DNA of 64,000 bases from the NCBI RefSeq assembly GCF_023055435.1, contig NW_025964223.1, positions 49,352,001-49,416,000 of the forward strand, read 5' to 3'. The stretch comes from Haliotis rufescens (lineage: Eukaryota). The position numbers were made by a program, and so were the translations under genes. Of the stretch, positions 59,301 through 64,000 are shown in pieces. The notes below the pieces were generated by a model. The model was not told where the DNA came from and did no database searches. It saw nothing but the letters and a program-made list of their open reading frames with translations. Positions within the stretch are counted from its first letter, which is position 1; each line of letters starts with the position of its first letter.

Positions 59301-60293
59301 ACACTTCCCCACAGACAGCCCGGCTGATACTCCGGAGGCGCGGACGTCGGAGGAGACACCCTGCTTGTTGTGGCTGATAGCTGCACGCTTACAAGCGCGT
59401 GTGCTTTTTCGTGTATTTGTATCCGAATAATCACTTATTAATCAAGGAAAGTTTCAATTTCAACAATACAGTTAGGTAGTAAAAACATTTGGCTACATTT
59501 CGGTTACAATAGCAACGCTCACGGGTGAAGTTCAAAGCCACACGTGCTGTTTCCAATGAAGCGACCCAGTCTAAAATGTAGACATCGCTACTTTCAAAAG
59601 CACATTTTTAGCCTTGAGACTCAAGTTTATGCATTTTAAACGTTGCCTGTCAATTCTCAATATATCTAACTATGAAAGTAAAACACAACACTCATCAGTA
59701 TTGCCTATGATAAGCTAGAACAAGCGTTCAAACAACGACAATGAAGCACGTTTTTCTGACGACTTCGCCATTTTGCAACAGAAATCATTTGACACTATAT
59801 TTCTGGAGACATAATTTTGGTCACTTCAGTTAGAGTTGAAACTAACTTTGTCATAACAAGTAAGTAACGGGGATTTTACTTTCAGGAAAACAGTCTAGTA
59901 AGACGAGGATCTCGGGACACAAGCAGCTAGGGCGCGAAGCCCCGAACAGTAACATATATACATTGGTGTTTAGATCACTCGATCGGTCGTCACAGATTAA
60001 GTCTTTTTGCCTGTCTTAATAGCACGATATTAGTAGGGGTCTTCGTCGTTTGGATGTTAATATTACCAGAACAATATAGGCTACAATGCATCAACGAAAA
60101 GTGAATGTTTCAGACGAAAGGCCGGATCGAGTGAGCGAGTGTGCAGGGCCTCGTGTTAATCAGTGATCACATGTTTTTACAACGGCTAGATTTTAATCCC
60201 TGTAAATATACATCATAAATCAACAAACACAACATGTCTACTGAACCCGCTGAAAACGCGAGCATGCTGTTTTCATGGCAATGTCTGTTTACC

Positions 60294-63200
60294 TTACTTA
60301 CTTACTTATATTAGGAGATTTTACGTGCGCTTTCCGACTGGAGCGTATTTCGCACACGGGCCCGGCCGGGCCATTTAGTGAGATAAAAGGGAAGCAAGAT
60401 GTGTGGAACCAAGGAGGGGGGTTTAGTGGTTGCTTATATAAAATTTGGAAATTTTGAGATTTGGAAGACATGCCTTGGGGGAGTGGTTGGGACTAAGGGA
60501 GTGTGTGGGGGTGAGTTGTTGTTTTTAGATGTTAGTTTTGGTGGTTTAATGAAGTTTTAGATACGATTAATTAGGTCTGTTTTGGTTAGGTAAATGCCTA
60601 GGGCTTTGAAGTTTTCTATTTTATTTTGAGGGTTTAGGATTGCTTCTAGGGTAAGAGCTTTATTTGGATTTAGGTTGGTTTGTAATGTTGTACGGTGGGT
60701 GAGGTAGTGGGTGCAATGTAGGAGTACGTGATCTATTGTTTCTGGGTGAGTGCAGTGTGGGCACTTCCCGTTTGCGTGTTTTTTTAGTTTTTGAAGGTGG
60801 TTATTTAGTTTGGTGTGTCCTGTTTGGAGTTTGGTGATTATTCTATCGATTTTTTTGGAGGGATGGAGGATTTTTGGTTTGGTGAGGGTTTTTTTGAGGA
60901 CTTTTGTGATTTGGGTGTTTGTGTTTTGATAGAGGCTATGCCATTTTTGGGTGATTTTGCGTTTGTTGATGCTTTTGATCTCTGATTTACTTATTGGTAG
61001 CTTAAGGCTTATCTCTGGTATTTTTAGGGACTGTTTAGCGGCTTGGTCGGCGTTTTCATTTCCGTATATTTCTACGTGGGCTGGTATCCAGGTGAGTACT
61101 ATGTTTTTGCCTGCCTCTGTTAATTTATCTATACTTTTGAGAATTTGGTTTATTAATTTGGGGCGGTTTTTGGTGTTTTTGCTTTGGAGGGCCTGGAGTC
61201 CACTTAGTGAGACTGAGAGTATTAGGATTTTATTTTGGTTTTTAGTGTGTTGGCTGTGGAGGGCCGTGGCGATACCCATGAGTTCTGCGGTGAAGATGGA
61301 TTGGTTGTTTGGGAGTCGGAAAGATTGCGTTTTTCTTATTGGTTGGGCTATGTGGACTCCGAAACCTGTGTGATTTGTGATCGGATCAGCAGATCCATCT
61401 GTGTAGATGTGACACCAATTTGGCCAGTTTTGATGAATGTAAGCTAGTGAGGTGGATTTAGCTATGTTAGGGTCAGTTTGTTTGTTTATTGAGTTGGCTA
61501 AGGATGTGTCTATTTTGGGGATTTTAAGTTTTGGGGTGAATACGTTGGATTTTTTGCAGTTTAGTTGTTGGTTCCCTATTTGGTGTTCGTTGCGGTAGTT
61601 TATAATACGTTGGGAGATTGGAGTGAGTAGAGGGTGTTTCCTAGTTAGTGCCTGGTTTTGGGGACGTATGTTTTGGTTTAGGAGATTTTGGAGAAGAGGG
61701 TTTGATTGAGAAGCTGCCCAGAAGTTTAGTGTTAAGTGTTGCCTACGTAGGTTTAGTGGCATTTCTCCTGTGAGGGCCTGAAGTGACGTAAGGGAGGTGC
61801 CTTGTTGGGTACGTGTGACTAATTTGAGGGCTTGGTATTGTATTGAATCTAGTTTTTTGGTTAAGGTTTCGTTTAAGGTATCGTATATGGCACAGCCGTA
61901 GTCTAGTTTGGATCTGATTAGGGATGTATAGAGGCTGAGGAGGGTATCTTTAGAGGCACCCCAGTTGGAGCCGGTTAGACATCTTAGTGTGTTTAAATCT
62001 TTGCTACATCTGGTGGTTAGGTTTTGGACGTGGGCATCCCAGGAGAGATGTTCGTCGAATATTAGTCCTAAGAATTTGGTTTGTTTCTGAAATTGGATTG
62101 GTTTGTTGTTTAGTTTAAGGGTAGGGGTGGCCCGTCTCATATTTTTATGTTTAAATACTATTCCTGTTGTTTTTTCAGAGTTTAGGGAGAAACCCCATTT
62201 ATCGGCCCATTGTTGTATTTTGTTTAGTGCATTCTGTAGTAAGTCCTGGGATGTTAAAATACTTTTAGAGCGGATCCAGAGGGCTCCGTCATCTGCAAAT
62301 TTGGAAGTATTTATTTTAGGGGATAAGCCATCAAAGAGATCGTTTATCATTATGTTGAAAAGTCTGGGGCTAAGAATGCTGCCTTGGGGCGTGCCGTTTT
62401 CTAGTGGACACTGGTCCGACAAGGCCTGGTCTATACCCACTGTGATTTTACGGTTTTTAAGGAAGCTTTGGATGTAGTTTATGATTTGACCTTTTAGTCC
62501 TATTTTTTTAAGTTTTTGGATTAGCCCGTTGTGCCATACCATATCGAAGGCTTTGGAAAAGTCCAGAAAGATGCCTGTTGTATATTGTTTATTTAGTTGT
62601 CCTGTTTTAATATCCTGTTCTAGACGTGCTAGGTTGTCTAAGGTTGAGCGGCCGGGAGTAAAACCGCTTTGGTCTGAATTAATTATATTGTTTTGGGTTA
62701 AGTAGTGTTGGAGTCTATTTTTTGCCATGGATTCCATTACTTTGCATAGGTTAGAGGTGAGCGATATTGGCCTATAGGAATTTGCTTGGTTGGCTGGCTT
62801 ACCGGGTTTAGGGATGGGGATAATAAGAGCTTCTTTCCAAGGGTTTGGAACCTGGCCGTTTAGATAAATTAGATTATAGAGTTTTAGTAGTGTCTGGAGT
62901 AGTTTGGGCGGGAGTTTTTTGATTATTTGGTAGGAAGTTAAGTCTAGACCTGGGGCTGTACCTTTTTTCCTATTTTGAAGTACGTGGTTTAGTTCTTCTA
63001 TTGTGTAAGGTTGGTTTATTTCTAGGTTGTTATTGTTTGGTTCTTGGATAGGTTTGGTTTCTGCCTGGAGTTTTTGTTTGAATTTATGGCTGAAGTTGTT
63101 ATTGCTACTTGTGGCCGAAAAGTGGTTTGCCAGGTTATTTGCTTTTTCGCTGGGAGTATTTGAGTTGTTTATGCTAGGCGTTTTTTTTGTTTTTTTTTAA

Positions 63201-64000
63201 GCCTCTGACGGCGTGGATTTTGCGCCAGACTGTTCTGGCATCTGTGCGATTATTTAGTCCCTCGCAGAATTTTTTCCAATCTCTGGTTTTTGCTATTTTG
63301 ACTAGTGTTTGGACTTGGTGGTTTAGTTGGTGAGCTACTGGTATGTGATTATGGTCGCGTTTGGCTTTATTGAAGGCTGATTTACGTTTTTGTCTAGTTT
63401 GTTCTATTTCCTCGTTCCACCAAGGTACAGAGGGCCTACCTGATTTATTTGGTTTTTTGAAAGGGATTGCGCTTTTGGCTGTGTTAATTATGAAGTTGGT
63501 TAAGTTTTGGCAGTATATTTCTGGGTCATCATTTTCTATGTTTTGTAGGTTTACTTGATTGCAATTATCTTGGAATTTGTCCCAGTTAGCTTTGTTGTAA
63601 TTAAATTTGGGCTCTGAGCTTTCGGTTTGGTGGGGGACGTTAGTATTGCCTATGGTTATATTTATTGGGAAGTGGTCACTTCCTAGGGGGGCGTCGTGAA
63701 CTTCCCATTGTGTGCTTTGAGCTAGATCTGCTGTGCAGATTGTTAGGTCGATAGCCGACATGTTGTTATTGCTTTTATCGTATCTAGTGGGTTGGTTATT
63801 ATTTAGAAGTACTAGATCGTTAGCCTCTATCCATTCTGAAATTAGTTTGCCGTCGTTATCTAGTTTATCCCCCGTGCCCCAGGAGGGGTGGTGGGCGTTA
63901 AAGTCTCCTAGGAAGATGGATGATTTGGTGCTTATTTGTTTGAGAGTATTTAGATCCTCCGGTTGGATTTTTTGTTGTAGCCAGTGGTAGATATTTACGA
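60294..64000 (-). mobile_element. Non-LTR retrotransposon family A copy, inserted ~45 nt upstream of the expected 5S start, runs off window end
   Basis: (TAAG)n tail after gtctgtttacc. ORF2 60557-64000 has a homopolymer frameshift near 63180 and RNase H changes (ILSVSLS, AHVEIYG). Confidence 0.94.

Larger units (their letters stand above)
1362..60293. repeat. Tandem array of ~3.0-kb H1 + 5S rDNA units, interrupted by retroelements
   Basis: Near-identical units recur with ~3000-bp period (H1 ATGs at 29352, 32352, 35297, 38298, 41298). The uninterrupted run spans 27443-41343. Confidence 0.98.

Overview
Eukaryotic (probably lophotrochozoan/molluscan) genomic DNA made of a ~3.0-kb tandem repeat. 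Each unit holds one linker histone H1 gene (- strand, 187 aa, with a 3' stem-loop plus downstream AATAAA signals) and one divergently transcribed 5S rRNA gene (+ strand); no core histone genes are present. The window has 8 full-length H1 genes, 1 deleted H1, 7 intact 5S genes and 1 split 5S gene. More than half of it is retroelement insertion: eight copies of I/Nimb-like non-LTR elements (APE-RT-RNase H-CCHC) from about four families (called A/A', B, C and D here) and one chromodomain-bearing Ty3/Gypsy LTR element. Seven of the eight insertions into the host unit lie within about 50 bp of the H1 or 5S transcription start, and family B hit the same nucleotide twice. The family C 3' UTR carries a 17/18-nt copy of the H1 promoter HINFP/H4-box-like element inside a hairpin, and both Gypsy LTRs carry the same ACGTCCGC core. 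Together this suggests a retroelement community adapted to the H1-5S locus. Coordinates were read by eye and may be off by a few nt at junctions.
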